From assembly GCA_965240325.2 (NCBI GenBank), contig OZ251232.1, positions 1,984,001 to 2,048,000 of the forward strand: a stretch of 64,000 nucleotides of DNA. The letters are read 5' to 3'. Source of the DNA: Rebecca billardiae RCC1528. Taxonomy: Eukaryota > Protista > Haptophyta. The notes below the pieces were generated by a model that did no database searches, was not told where the DNA came from, and worked only from the letters and a program-made list of their open reading frames with translations. The number at the start of each line of letters is the position of its first letter. Position 1 is the stretch's first letter. The position numbers and the translations under genes were made by a program. Below are positions 1-13,236 of this stretch, one piece after another.

Positions 1-3000
1 TCTGAGCTGAGCCGAAACTCCGGCCGTGGCGGCGGCGCAGGAGGAGCGCCGAGCGCGCGCGCGCGCCCTCGCGCTCGGCACGCCCCCCGCGCGTGTACCG
101 CGTGCCCGAGCCCGCCCTTCAGATGCGCACGGCGCGCGCGCCGACTCGGCGCTTCTCGCTGGCTCTAGCCGCAGCCGCAGCTCTCCGTAGCCGTTGGCCG
201 TGACACACCCAGCTCAGCTTGGTCAGATTCGAGCTCGAGCTCTCGCGCGCGCGACAGCAGAGGCGGGCCGCCGGTGCCATGTGTACGCTCACTGGGGCCG
301 TACCTGGCACTGCGCGCCGCGCCGGCGCGCCAGCTTGCGCGCACGCGCCGCAGCAGCAGTGTTGTTGCCTGAGCCGTGAGGCGCCGGCTGATCGGCAGGT
401 CGTGAGGTCGTGTGAGCTGAGCTGAGCCAAAACTCTGGCCATGGTGGTGGCGCGCGGGCAGCTGTGACCTCAAGTGCGGGCGTGCACGCGCGTCGCACAG
501 CCCTGCATCGACGTTACCGGCATCTGGCTCGGTGAAGTCCGTCCCAAACATATGAGCCCCAGCACCATCTCAATGGCTTGGCCGAGCCCGTCGTTCACGG
601 AGAGGTCGTGGCGATCATAGGTCGCTGCCATCGCAGTCTTCGATACGCGCTGACCCTTCCTGTATGCCACGGCTAAGCTCAAGTTGGCCATGATCGTCGG
701 CGCCGCTGCTCGCTGTGCGCATGGTCGCACCGTGGGGCTCTCGGCCGCCGGCGGCGGTCGCCCTGCAGCCATGCACAAGCTGCTTGCCGATTGGTCGGTT
801 ACAAGAATCTACTTTTGAATCGCAGCCATCATCCGTCCAAGAGCTCCGGCGACGGCCGCGTGCGGCGCGGTGGCGGCCGCCTGGGCGACACAGCGCGCGC
901 AGCACCCGGCGTTAGAGCGCAATCGACGCATACAACCTCGAAGAGGCAGCGCTAGTGGGTCGTACTATCGTGGTTTGCAGCCCTTCTCTCCATGCTCTGC
1001 GCATTGCCACCGCCGCGCGCCGCAACGCTTAAGCATCAGCGAGCTCTCGCAAATCACTACGCGCATGGTCTCCTCCTCGCCCACCAGGGCCGAATGATCG
1101 GAGGTCGCGCTGTGGTGGAATACCAACCTAAATATTGTCGTGCGCGTGGTGCAGCCCGGGCGCCTCAGCGCACCCCTGGCACCAGCGCACCATTTACCTC
1201 TCTTTTATTACCACTTAAGTCGGAGGCTGCTGAAAACCCGCGTGAGACGTGAGCATCATCGTAGGAGGTGTCGACGAAGATTCACTCTGACGCGCGCAGT
1301 CCGTTTCGACTCTGGCTGGCGCGCGCGCTATATGGCTAGGACGGATCGTGCCGGAGCGCTCGGAGTAGCCGGCTTCTCCCCGTTGCACGAGACTGTGCTG
1401 CTCCATTGGCAACATGACTGGGTTGTCATTCGTAAGCGTCAGTCAGGGACGTGACATGTGATGACCATGGCCTAGGCCACTGAGGCCGCAAGATCAAATC
1501 AGCCACAGGAGTTGTGACCTCGAGCGCGAGCGCGCGCGCTCGGCACGCCCCCCGCGCGTGTACCGCATGCCCGAGCCCGCCCTTTAGATGCGCACGGCGC
1601 GCGCGCCGACTCGGCGCTTCTCGCTGGCTCTAGCCGCAGCCGCACCTCTCCGTAGCCGTTGGTCGTGACACACCCAGCTCAGCTTGGTCAGATTCGAGCT
1701 CGAGCTCTCGCGCGCGCGACAGTAGAGGCGGGCCGCCGGTGCCATGTGTACGCTCATCGGGGCCGTACCTGGCGCTGCGCGCCGCGCCGGCGCGCGCGCG
1801 TGTGCGCACGCGCCGCAGCAGCCGTGTCGTTGCTTGAGCCGTGAGGTGCCGGCTGATCGGCAGGTCGGGAGGTCGTGAGATCTGAGCTGAGCCGAAACTC
1901 CGGCCGTGGCGGCGGCGCAGGATGAGCGCCGAGCGCGCGCGCGCGCCCTCGCGCTCGGCACGCCCCCCGCGCGTGTACCGCGTGCCCGAGCCCGCCCTTC
2001 AGATGCGCATGGCGCGCGCGCCGACTCGGCGCTTCTCGCTGGCTCTACCCGCAGCTCTCCGTAGCCGTTGGCCGTGACACACCCAGCTCAGCTTGGTCAG
2101 ATTCGAGCTCGAGCTCTCGCGCGCACGACGGTAGAGGCGGGCCGCCGGTGCCATGTGTACGCTCACCGGGGCCGTACCTGGCGCTGCGCGCCGCGCCGGC
2201 GCGCCAGCTTGCGCGCACGCGCCGCAGCAGCCGTGTTGTTGCCTGAGCCGTGAGGTGCCGGCTGATCGGCAGGTCGGGAGGTCGTGAGATCTGAGCTGAG
2301 CCGAAACTCCGGCCGTGGCGGCGGCGCAGGAGGAGCGCCGAGCGCGCGCGCGCGCCCTCGCGCTCGGCACGCCCCCCGCGCGTGTACCGCATGCCCGAGC
2401 CCGCCGTTCAGATGCGCACGGCGCGCGCGCCGACTCGGCGCTTCTCGCTGGCTCTACCCGCAGCCGCAGCTCTCCGTAGCCGTTGGCCGTGACACACCCA
2501 GCTCAGCTTGGTCAGATTCGAGCTCGAGCTCTCGCGCGCACGACGGTAGAGGCGGGCCGCCGGTGCCATGTGTACGCTCACTGGGGCCGTACCTGGCGCT
2601 GCGCGCCGCGCCGGCGCGCCAGCTTGCCCGCACGCGCCGCAGCAGCCGTGTTGTTGCCTGAGCCGTGAGGTGCCGGCTGATCGGCAGGTCGGGAGGTCGT
2701 GAGATCTGAGCTGAGCCGAAACTCCGGCCGTGGCGGCGGCGCAGGAGGAGCGCCGAGCGCGCGCGCGCGCCCTCGCGCTCGGCACGCCCCCCGCGCGTGT
2801 ACCGCGTGCCCGAGCCCGCCCTTCAGATGCGCACGGCGCGCGCGCCGACTCGGCGCTTCTCGCTGGCTCTAGCCGCAGCCGCAGCTCTCCGTAGCCGTTG
2901 GCCATGACACACCCAGCTCAGCTTGGTCAGATTCGAGCTCGAGCTCTCGCGCGCACGACGGTAGAGGCGGGCCGCCGGTGCCATGTGTACGCTCACCGGG

Positions 3001-6000
3001 GCCGTACCTGGCGATGCGCGCCGCGCCGGCGCGCCAGCTTGCGCGCACGCGCCGCAGCAGCCGTGTTGTTGCCTGAGCCGTGAGGTGCCGGCTGATCGGC
3101 AGGTCGTGAGGTCGTGTGAGCTGAGCTGAGCCAAAACTCTGGCCATGGTGGTGGCGCGCGGGCAGCTGTGACCTCAAGTGCGGGCGTGCACGCGCGTCGC
3201 ACAGCCCTGCATCGACGTTACCGGCATCTGGCTCGGTGAAGTCCGTCCCAAACATATGAGCCCCAGCACCATCTCAATGGCTTGGCCGAGCCTGTCGTTC
3301 ACGGAGAGGTCGTGGCGATCATAGGTCGCTGCCATCGCAGTCTTCGATACGCGCTGACCCTTCCTGTATGCCACGGCTAAGCTCAAGTTGGCCATGATCG
3401 TCGGCGCCGCTGCTCGCTGTGCGCATGGTCGCACCGTGGGGCTCTCGGCCGCCGGCGGCGGTCGCCCTGTAGCCATGCACAAGCTGCTCGCCGATTGGTC
3501 GGTTACAAGAATCTACTTTTGAATCGCAGCCATCATCCGTCCAAGAGCTCCGGCGACGGCCGCGTGCGGCGCGGTGGCGGCCGCCTGGGCGACACAGCGC
3601 GCGCAGCACCCGGCGTTAGAGCGCAATCGACGCATACAACCTCGAAGAGGCAGCGCTAGTGGGTCGTACTATCGTGGTTTGCAGCCCTTCTCTCCATGCT
3701 CTGCGCATTGCCACCGCCGCGCGCCGCAACGCTTAAGCATCAGCGAGCTCTCGCAAATCACTACGCGCATGGTCTCCTCCTCGCCCACCAGGGCCGAATG
3801 ATCGGAGGTCGCGCTGTGGTGGAATACCAACCTAAATATTGTCGTGCGCGTGGTGCAGCCCGGGCGCCTCAGCGCACCCCTGGCACCAGCGCACCATTTA
3901 CCTCTCTTTTATTACCACTTAAGTCGGAGGCTGCTGAAAACCCGCGTGAGACGTGAGCATCATCGTAGGAGGTGTCGACGAAGATTCACTCTGACGCGCG
4001 CAGTCCGTTTCGACTCTGGCTGGCGCGCGCGCTATATGGCTAGGACGGATCGTGCCGGAGCGCTCGGAGTAGCCGGCTTCTCCCCGTTGCACGAGACTGT
4101 GCTGCTCCATTGGCAACATGACTGGGTTGTCATTCGTAAGCGTCAGTCAGGGACGTGACATGTGATGACCATGGCCTAGGCCACTGAGGCCGCAAGATCA
4201 AATCAGCCACAGGAGTTGTGACCTCGAGCGCGAGCGCGCGCGCTCGGCACGCCCCCCGCGCGTGTACCGCATGCCCGAGCCCGCCCTTTAGATGCGCACG
4301 GCGCGCGCGCCGACTCGGCGCTTCTCGCTGGCTCTAGCCGCAGCCGCACCTCTCCGTAGCCGTTGGTCGTGACACACCCAGCTCAGCTTGGTCAGATTCG
4401 AGCTCGAGCTCTCGCGCGCGCGACAGTAGAGGCGGGCCGCCGGTGCCATGTGTACGCTCATCGGGGCCGTACCTGGCGCTGCGCGCCGCGCCGGCGCGCG
4501 CGCGTGTGCGCACGCGCCGCAGCAGCCGTGTCGTTGCTTGAGCCGTGAGGTGCCGGCTGATCGGCAGGTCGGGAGGTCGTGAGATCTGAGCTGAGCCGAA
4601 ACTCCGGCCGTGGCGGCGGCGCAGGATGAGCGCCGAGCGCGCGCGCGCGCCCTCGCGCTCGGCACGCCCCCCGCGCGTGTACCGCGTGCCCGAGCCCGCC
4701 CTTCAGATGCGCATGGCGCGCGCGCCGACTCGGCGCTTCTCGCTGGCTCTACCCGCAGCTCTCCGTAGCCGTTGGCCGTGACACACCCAGCTCAGCTTGG
4801 TCAGATTCGAGCTCGAGCTCTCGCGCGCACGACGGTAGAGGCGGGCCGCCGGTGCCATGTGTACGCTCACCGGGGCCGTACCTGGCGCTGCGCGCCGCGC
4901 CGGCGCGCCAGCTTGCGCGCACGCGCCGCAGCAGCCGTGTTGTTGCCTGAGCCGTGAGGTGCCGGCTGATCGGCAGGTCGGGAGGTCGTGAGATCTGAGC
5001 TGAGCCGAAACTCCGGCCGTGGCGGCGGCGCAGGAGGAGCGCCGAGCGCGCGCGCGCGCCCTCGCGCTCGGCACGCCCCCCGCGCGTGTACCGCATGCCC
5101 GAGCCCGCCGTTCAGATGCGCACGGCGCGCGCGCCGACTCGGCGCTTCTCGCTGGCTCTACCCGCAGCCGCAGCTCTCCGTAGCCGTTGGCCGTGACACA
5201 CCCAGCTCAGCTTGGTCAGATTCGAGCTCGAGCTCTCGCGCGCACGACGGTAGAGGCGGGCCGCCGGTGCCATGTGTACGCTCACTGGGGCCGTACCTGG
5301 CGCTGCGCGCCGCGCCGGCGCGCCAGCTTGCCCGCACGCGCCGCAGCAGCCGTGTTGTTGCCTGAGCCGTGAGGTGCCGGCTGATCGGCAGGTCGGGAGG
5401 TCGTGAGATCTGAGCTGAGCCGAAACTCCGGCCGTGGCGGCGGCGCAGGAGGAGCGCCGAGCGCGCGCGCGCGCCCTCGCGCTCGGCACGCCCCCCGCGC
5501 GTGTACCGCGTGCCCGAGCCCGCCCTTCAGATGCGCACGGCGCGCGCGCCGACTCGGCGCTTCTCGCTGGCTCTAGCCGCAGCCGCAGCTCTCCGTAGCC
5601 GTTGGCCATGACACACCCAGCTCAGCTTGGTCAGATTCGAGCTCGAGCTCTCGCGCGCACGACGGTAGAGGCGGGCCGCCGGTGCCATGTGTACGCTCAC
5701 CGGGGCCGTACCTGGCGATGCGCGCCGCGCCGGCGCGCCAGCTTGCGCGCACGCGCCGCAGCAGCCGTGTTGTTGCCTGAGCCGTGAGGTGCCGGCTGAT
5801 CGGCAGGTCGTGAGGTCGTGTGAGCTGAGCTGAGCCAAAACTCTGGCCATGGTGGTGGCGCGCGGGCAGCTGTGACCTCAAGTGCGGGCGTGCACGCGCG
5901 TCGCACAGCCCTGCATCGACGTTACCGGCATCTGGCTCGGTGAAGTCCGTCCCAAACATATGAGCCCCAGCACCATCTCAATGGCTTGGCCGAGCCTGTC

Positions 6001-6625
6001 GTTCACGGAGAGGTCGTGGCGATCATAGGTCGCTGCCATCGCAGTCTTCGATACGCGCTGACCCTTCCTGTATGCCACGGCTAAGCTCAAGTTGGCCATG
6101 ATCGTCGGCGCCGCTGCTCGCTGTGCGCATGGTCGCACCGTGGGGCTCTCGGCCGCCGGCGGCGGTCGCCCTGTAGCCATGCACAAGCTGCTCGCCGATT
6201 GGTCGGTTACAAGAATCTACTTTTGAATCGCAGCCATCATCCGTCCAAGAGCTCCGGCGACGGCCGCGTGCGGCGCGGTGGCGGCCGCCTGGGCGACACA
6301 GCGCGCGCAGCACCCGGCGTTAGAGCGCAATCGACGCATACAACCTCGAAGAGGCAGCGCTAGTGGGTCGTACTATCGTGGTTTGCAGCCCTTCTCTCCA
6401 TGCTCTGCGCATTGCCACCGCCGCGCGCCGCAACGCTTAAGCATCAGCGAGCTCTCGCAAATCACTACGCGCATGGTCTCCTCCTCGCCCACCAGGGCCG
6501 AATGATCGGAGGTCGCGCTGTGGTGGAATACCGACCTGAATATTGTCGTGCGCGTGGTGCAGCCCGGGCGCCTCAGCGCACCCCTGGCACCAGCGCACCA
6601 TTTACCTCTCTTTTATTACCACTTA

Positions 6626-7433
6626 GTACCCCTCAGGTTTAAGCGTTCGCTTCGCTGGCTACGTGATTGCACGCCCGCTCACGCCGTGACGAGCGCACCA
6701 TGGCGGCTCTCTCGCTCGTGGCGCACGGTCGGGGAGCACCCGCGTCTGCGCAGACACACGGCTCGCCCGCACGTGTGCTGTGTCGCGCACGCGCGCGCTC
6801 GCGCGGCCGGCCATCGCGCACAGACCTGACTGGTCTCACATGCACCAGCATGGTCGTGCACGCACAGCGCCGCTCCGCGCACGCAATAAATTCGAGCGTG
6901 GTGCGCATGCACGTACACTCTGTGTCCCTGGTCCACACACAGCGTGTGAGCTCGTGCTTTGACCACGTGCAGGCGCACCACAGACTTTCGCGCAGCTGCC
7001 GCGCCGGGCCGTGCCAGCGGCTCGACAGGCTCAGCTCGTGGGCAGCGCTCGCTCGATTGCATGCTCCTGCCGCGCAGGGTGCCCAGCTTGCTGCGCTCGG
7101 TGTGTACTGGCGCGCTCGGACGGCACCCCGCGTACGCCTCGGGCCACGCGTGGGAGCCTAGCTCCACGCACGGAGGACTCGCAGGCGCAGGCCGGCGGCT
7201 GCCTCACACGGCTTGGTCGGGAGGCCGCCGCGCGGCTACCGTCGAGCTCGCCGATCGGCTGCACCTACTTTCAGCGCACGCTACCGCCGCCTCGCGCACG
7301 ACACGGCAAGGTTGAACACGTGACTGTGGGCGGGCATCAGCCCCAAGTACGCAGCCATCAGCACCACGGCCTTCACCTTCAGCGCCGACGATAGAGCCGC
7401 CGCTTGATTTTATCGCTTAAACTTGAGGGCCAC
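6626..7433. mobile_element. 808-bp non-autonomous DNA transposon (MITE) with TA target duplication, copy 1
   Basis: Ends GTACCCCTCAGGTTTAAGCG ... CGCTTAAACTTGAGGGCCAC (20-bp imperfect TIR). The empty site in other units reads ccact-TA-agtcg; the filled site reads ccact-TA-[element]-TA-agtcg. Confidence 0.92.
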
Positions 7434-10400
7434 TAAGTCGAAGGCTGCTGAAAACCCGCGTGAGACGTGAGCATCATCGTAGGAGGTGTCGACGAAGGTT
7501 CACTCTGACGCGCGCAGTCCGTTTCGACTCTGGCTGGCGCGCGCGCTATATGGCTAGGACGGATCGTGCCGGAGCGCTCGGAGTAGCCGGCTTCTCCCCG
7601 TTGCACGAGACTGTGCTGCTCCATTGGCAACATGACTGGGTTGTCATTCGTAAGCGTCAGTCAGGGACGTGACATGTGATGACCATGGCCTAGGCCACTG
7701 AGGACGCAAGATCAAATCAGCCACAGGAGTTGTGACCTCGAGCGCGAGCGCGCGCGCTCGGCACGCCCCCCGCGCGTGTACCGCATGCCCGAGCCCGCCC
7801 TTCAGATGCGCACGGCGCGCGCGCCGACTCGGCGCTTCTCGCTGGCTCTAGCCGCAGCCGCACCTCTCCGTAGCCGTTGGTCGTGACACACCCAGCTCAG
7901 CTTGGTCAGATTCGAGCTCGAGCTCTCGCGCGCGCGACAGTAGAGGCGGGCCGCCGGTGCCATGTGTACGCTCATCGGGGCCGTACCTGGCGCTGCGCGC
8001 CGCGCCGGCGCGCGCGCGTGTGCGCACGCGCCGCAGCAGCCGTGTCGTTGCTTGAGCCGTGAGGTGCCGGCTGATCGGCAGGTCGGGAGGTCGTGAGATC
8101 TGAGCTGAGCCGAGACTCCGGCCGTGGCGGCGGCGCAGGATGAGCGCCGAGCGCGCGCGCGCGCCCTCGCGCTCGGCACGCCCCCCGCGCGTGTACCGCG
8201 TGCCCGAGCCCGCCCTTCAGATGCGCATGGCGCGCGCGCCGACTCGGCGCTTCTCGCTGGCTCTACCCGCAGCTCTCCGTAGCCGTTGGCCGTGACACAC
8301 CCAGCTCAGCTTGGTCAGATTCGAGCTCGAGCTCTCGCGCGCACGACGGTAGAGGCGGGCCGCCGGTGCCATGTGTACGCTCACCGGGGCCGTACCTGGC
8401 GCTGCGCGCCGCGCCGGCGCGCCAGCTTGCCCGCACGCGCCGCAGCAGCCGTGTTGTTGCCTGAGCCGTGAGGTGCCGGCTGATCGGCAGGTCGGGAGGT
8501 CGTGAGATCTGAGCTGAGCCGAAACTCCGGCCGTGGCGGCGGCGCAGGAGGAGCGCCGAGCGCGCGCGCGCGCCCTCGCGCTCGGCACGCCCCCCGCGCG
8601 TGTACCGCGTGCCCGAGCCCGCCCTTCAGATGCGCACGGCGCGCGCGCCGACTCGGCGCTTCTCGCTGGCTCTAGCCGCAGCCGCAGCTCTCCGTAGCCG
8701 TTGGCCATGACACACCCAGCTCAGCTTGGTCAGATTCGAGCTCGAGCTCTCGCGCGCACGACGGTAGAGGCGGGCCGCCGGTGCCATGTGTACGCTCACC
8801 GGGGCCGTACCTGGCGATGCGCGCCGCGCCGGCGCGCCAGCTTGCGCGCACGCGCCGCAGCAGCCGTGTTGTTGCCTGAGCCGTGAGGTGCCGGCTGATC
8901 GGCAGGTCGTGAGGTCGTGTGAGCTGAGCTGAGCCAAAACTCTGGCCATGGTGGTGGCGCGCGGGCAGCTGTGACCTCAAGTGCGGGCGTGCACGCGCGT
9001 CGCACAGCCCTGCATCGACGTTACCGGCATCTGGCTCGGTGAAGTCCGTCCCAAACATATGAGCCCCAGCACCATCTCAATGGCTTGGCCGAGCCTGTCG
9101 TTCACGGAGAGGTCGTGGCGATCATAGGTCGCTGCCATCGCAGTCTTCGATACGCGCTGACCCTTCCTGTATGCCACGGCTAAGCTCAAGTTGGCCATGA
9201 TCGTCGGCGCCGCTGCTCGCTGTGCGCATGGTCGCACCGTGGGGCTCTCGGCCGCCGGCGGCGGTCGCCCTGCAGCCATGCACAAGCTGCTCGCCGATTG
9301 GTCGGTTACAAGAATCTACTTTTGAATCGCAGCCATCATCCGTCTAAGAGCTCCGGCGACGGCCGCGTGCGGCGCGGTGGCGGCCGCCTGGGCGACACAG
9401 CGCGCGCAGCACCCGGCGTTAGAGCGCAATCGACGCATACAACCTCGAAGAGGCAGCGCTAGTGGGTCGTACTATCGTGGTTTGCAGCCCTTCTCTCCAT
9501 GCTCTGCGCATTGCCACCGCCGCGCGCCGCAACGCTTAAGCATCAGCGAGCTCTCGCAAATCACTACGCGCATGGTCTCCTCCTCGCCCACCAGGGCCGA
9601 ATGATCGGAGGTCGCGCTGTGGTGGAATACCGACCTGAATATTGTCGTGCGCGTGGTGCAGCCCGGGCGCCTCAGCGCACCCCTGGCACCAGCGCACCAT
9701 TTACCTCTCTTTTATTACCACTTAAGTCGGAGGCTGCTGAAAACCCGCGTGAGACGTGAGCATCATCGTAGGAGGTGTCGACGAAGGTTCACTCTGACGC
9801 GCGCAGTCCGTTTCGACTCTGGCTGGCGCGCGCGCTATATGGCTAGGACGGATCGTGCCGGAGCGCTCGGAGTAGCCGGCTTCTCCCCGTTGCACGAGAC
9901 TGTGCTGCTCCATTGGCAACATGACTGGGTTGTCATTCGTAAGCGTCAGTCAGGGACGTGACATGTGATGACCATGGCCTAGGCCACTGAGGACGCAAGA
10001 TCAAATCAGCCACAGGAGTTGTGACCTCGAGCGCGAGCGCGCGCGCTCGGCACGCCCCCCGCGCGTGTACCGCATGCCCGAGCCCGCCCTTCAGATGCGC
10101 ACGGCGCGCGCGCCGACTCGGCGCTTCTCGCTGGCTCTAGCCGCAGCCGCACCTCTCCGTAGCCGTTGGTCGTGACACACCCAGCTCAGCTTGGTCAGAT
10201 TCGAGCTCGAGCTCTCGCGCGCGCGACAGTAGAGGCGGGCCGCCGGTGCCATGTGTACGCTCATCGGGGCCGTACCTGGCGCTGCGCGCCGCGCCGGCGC
10301 GCGCGCGTGTGCGCACGCGCCGCAGCAGCCGTGTCGTTGCTTGAGCCGTGAGGTGCCGGCTGATCGGCAGGTCGGGAGGTCGTGAGATCTGAGCTGAGCC

Positions 10401-12428
10401 GAGACTCCGGCCGTGGCGGCGGCGCAGGATGAGCGCCGAGCGCGCGCGCGCGCCCTCGCGCTCGGCACGCCCCCCGCGCGTGTACCGCGTGCCCGAGCCC
10501 GCCCTTCAGATGCGCATGGCGCGCGCGCCGACTCGGCGCTTCTCGCTGGCTCTACCCGCAGCTCTCCGTAGCCGTTGGCCGTGACACACCCAGCTCAGCT
10601 TGGTCAGATTCGAGCTCGAGCTCTCGCGCGCACGACGGTAGAGGCGGGCCGCCGGTGCCATGTGTACGCTCACCGGGGCCGTACCTGGCGCTGCGCGCCG
10701 CGCCGGCGCGCCAGCTTGCGCGCACGCGCCGCAGCAGCCGTGTTGTTGCCTGAGCCGTGAGGTGCCGGCTGATCGGCAGGTCGGGAGGTCGTGAGATCTG
10801 AGCTGAGCCGAAACTCCGGCCGTGGCGGCGGCGCAGGAGGAGCGCCGAGCGCGCGCGCGCGCCCTCGCGCTCGGCACGCCCCCCGCGCGTGTACCGCATG
10901 CCCGAGCCCGCCGTTCAGATGCGCACGGCGCGCGCGCCGACTCGGCGCTTCTCGCTGGCTCTACCCGCAGCCGCAGCTCTCCGTAGCCGTTGGCCGTGAC
11001 ACACCCAGCTCAGCTTGGTCAGATTCGAGCTCGAGCTCTCGCGCGCACGACGGTAGAGGCGGGCCGCCGGTGCCATGTGTACGCTCACTGGGGCCGTACC
11101 TGGCGCTGCGCGCCGCGCCGGCGCGCCAGCTTGCCCGCACGCGCCGCAGCAGCCGTGTTGTTGCCTGAGCAGTGAGGTGCCGGCTGATCGGCAGGTCGGG
11201 AGGTCGTGAGATCTGAGCTGAGCCGAAACTCCGGCCGTGGCGGCGGCGCAGGAGGAGCGCCGAGCGCGCGCGCGCGCCCTCGCGCTCGGCACGCCCCCCG
11301 CGCGTGTACCGCGTGCCCGAGCCCGCCCTTCAGATGCGCACGGCGCGCGCGCCGACTCGGCGCTTCTCGCTGGCTCTAGCCGCAGCCGCAGCTCTCCGTA
11401 GCCGTTGGCCATGACACACCCAGCTCAGCTTGGTCAGATTCGAGCTCGAGCTCTCGCGCGCACGACGGTAGAGGCGGGCCGCCGGTGCCATGTGTACGCT
11501 CACCGGGGCCGTACCTGGCGATGCGCGCCGCGCCGGCGCGCCAGCTTGCGCGCACGCGCCGCAGCAGCCGTGTTGTTGCCTGAGCCGTGAGGTGCCGGCT
11601 GATCGGCAGGTCGTGAGGTCGTGTGAGCTGAGCTGAGCCAAAACTCTGGCCATGGTGGTGGCGCGCGGGCAGCTGTGACCTCAAGTGCGGGCGTGCACGC
11701 GCGTCGCACAGCCCTGCATCGACGTTACCGGCATCTGGCTCGGTGAAGTCCGTCCCAAACATATGAGCCCCAGCACCATCTCAATGGCTTGGCCGAGCCC
11801 GTCGTTCACGGAGAGGTCGTGGCGATCATAGGTCGCTGCCATCGCAGTCTTCGATACGCGCTGACCCTTCCTGTATGCCACGGCTAAGCTCAAGTTGGCC
11901 ATGATCGTCGGCGCCGCTGCTCGCTGTGCGCATGGTCGCACCGTGGGGCTCTCGGCCGCCGGCGGCGGTCGCCCTGCAGCCATGCACAAGCTGCTTGCCG
12001 ATTGGTCGGTTACAAGAATCTACTTTTGAATCGCAGCCATCATCCGTCCAAGAGCTCCGGCGACGGCCGCGTGCGGCGCGGTGGCGGCCGCCTGGGCGAC
12101 ACAGCGCGCGCAGCACCCGGCGTTAGAGCGCAATCGACGCATACAACCTCGAAGAGGCAGCGCTAGTGGGTCGTACTATCGTGGTTTGCAGCCCTTCTCT
12201 CCATGCTCTGCGCATTGCCACCGCCGCGCGCCGCAACGCTTAAGCATCAGCGAGCTCTCGCAAATCACTACGCGCATGGTCTCCTCCTCGCCCACCAGGG
12301 CCGAATGATCGGAGGTCGCGCTGTGGTGGAATACCAACCTAAATATTGTCGTGCGCGTGGTGCAGCTCGGGCGCCTCAGCGCACCCCTGGCACCAGCGCA
12401 CCATTTACCTCTCTTTTATTACCACTTA

Positions 12429-13236
12429 GTACCCCTCAGGTTTAAGCGTTCGCTTCGCTGGCTACGTGATTGCACGCCCGCTCACGCCGTGACGAGCGCA
12501 CCATGGCGGCTCTCTCGCTCGTGGCGCACGGTCGGGGAGCACCCGCGTCTGCGCAGACACACGGCTCGCCCGCACGTGTGCTGTGTCGCGCACGCGCGCG
12601 CTCGCGCGGCCGGCCATCGCGCACAGACCTGACTGGTCTCACATGCACCAGCATGGTCGTGCACGCACAGCGCCGCTCCGCGCACGCAATAAATTCGAGC
12701 GTGGTGCGCATGCACGTACACTCTGTGTCCCTGGTCCACACACAGCGTGTGAGCTCGTGCTTTGACCACGTGCAGGCGCACCACAGACTTTCGCGCAGCT
12801 GCCGCGCCGGGCCGTGCCAGCGGCTCGACAGGCTCAGCTCGTGGGCAGCGCTCGCTCGATTGCATGCTCCTGCCGCGCAGGGTGCCCAGCTTGCTGCGCT
12901 CGGTGTGTACTGGCGCGCTCGGACGGCACCCCGCGTACGCCTCGGGCCACGCGTGGGAGCCTAGCTCCACGCACGGAGGACTCGCAGGCGCAGGCCGGCG
13001 GCTGCCTCACACGGCTTGGTCGGGAGGCCGCCGCGCGGCTACCGTCGAGCTCGCCGATCGGCTGCACCTACTTTCAGCGCACGCTACCGCCGCCTCGCGC
13101 ACGACACGGCAAGGTTGAACACGTGACTGTGGGCGGGCATCAGCCCCAAGTACGCAGCCATCAGCACCACGGCCTTCACCTTCAGCGCCGACGATAGAGC
13201 CGCCGCTTGATTTTATCGCTTAAACTTGAGGGCCAC
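12429..13236. mobile_element. 808-bp MITE, copy 2
   Basis: Same sequence and site as 6626-7433; the right-hand TA reads AA. Confidence 0.92.

Noticed and set aside
2292-2308. CTGAGCTGAGCCGAAAC in the 415-bp monomer as a satellite hammerhead ribozyme
   Set aside because: It lacks the CUGANGA core and a stem II, and some monomers change GAAAC to GAGAC or AAAAC.
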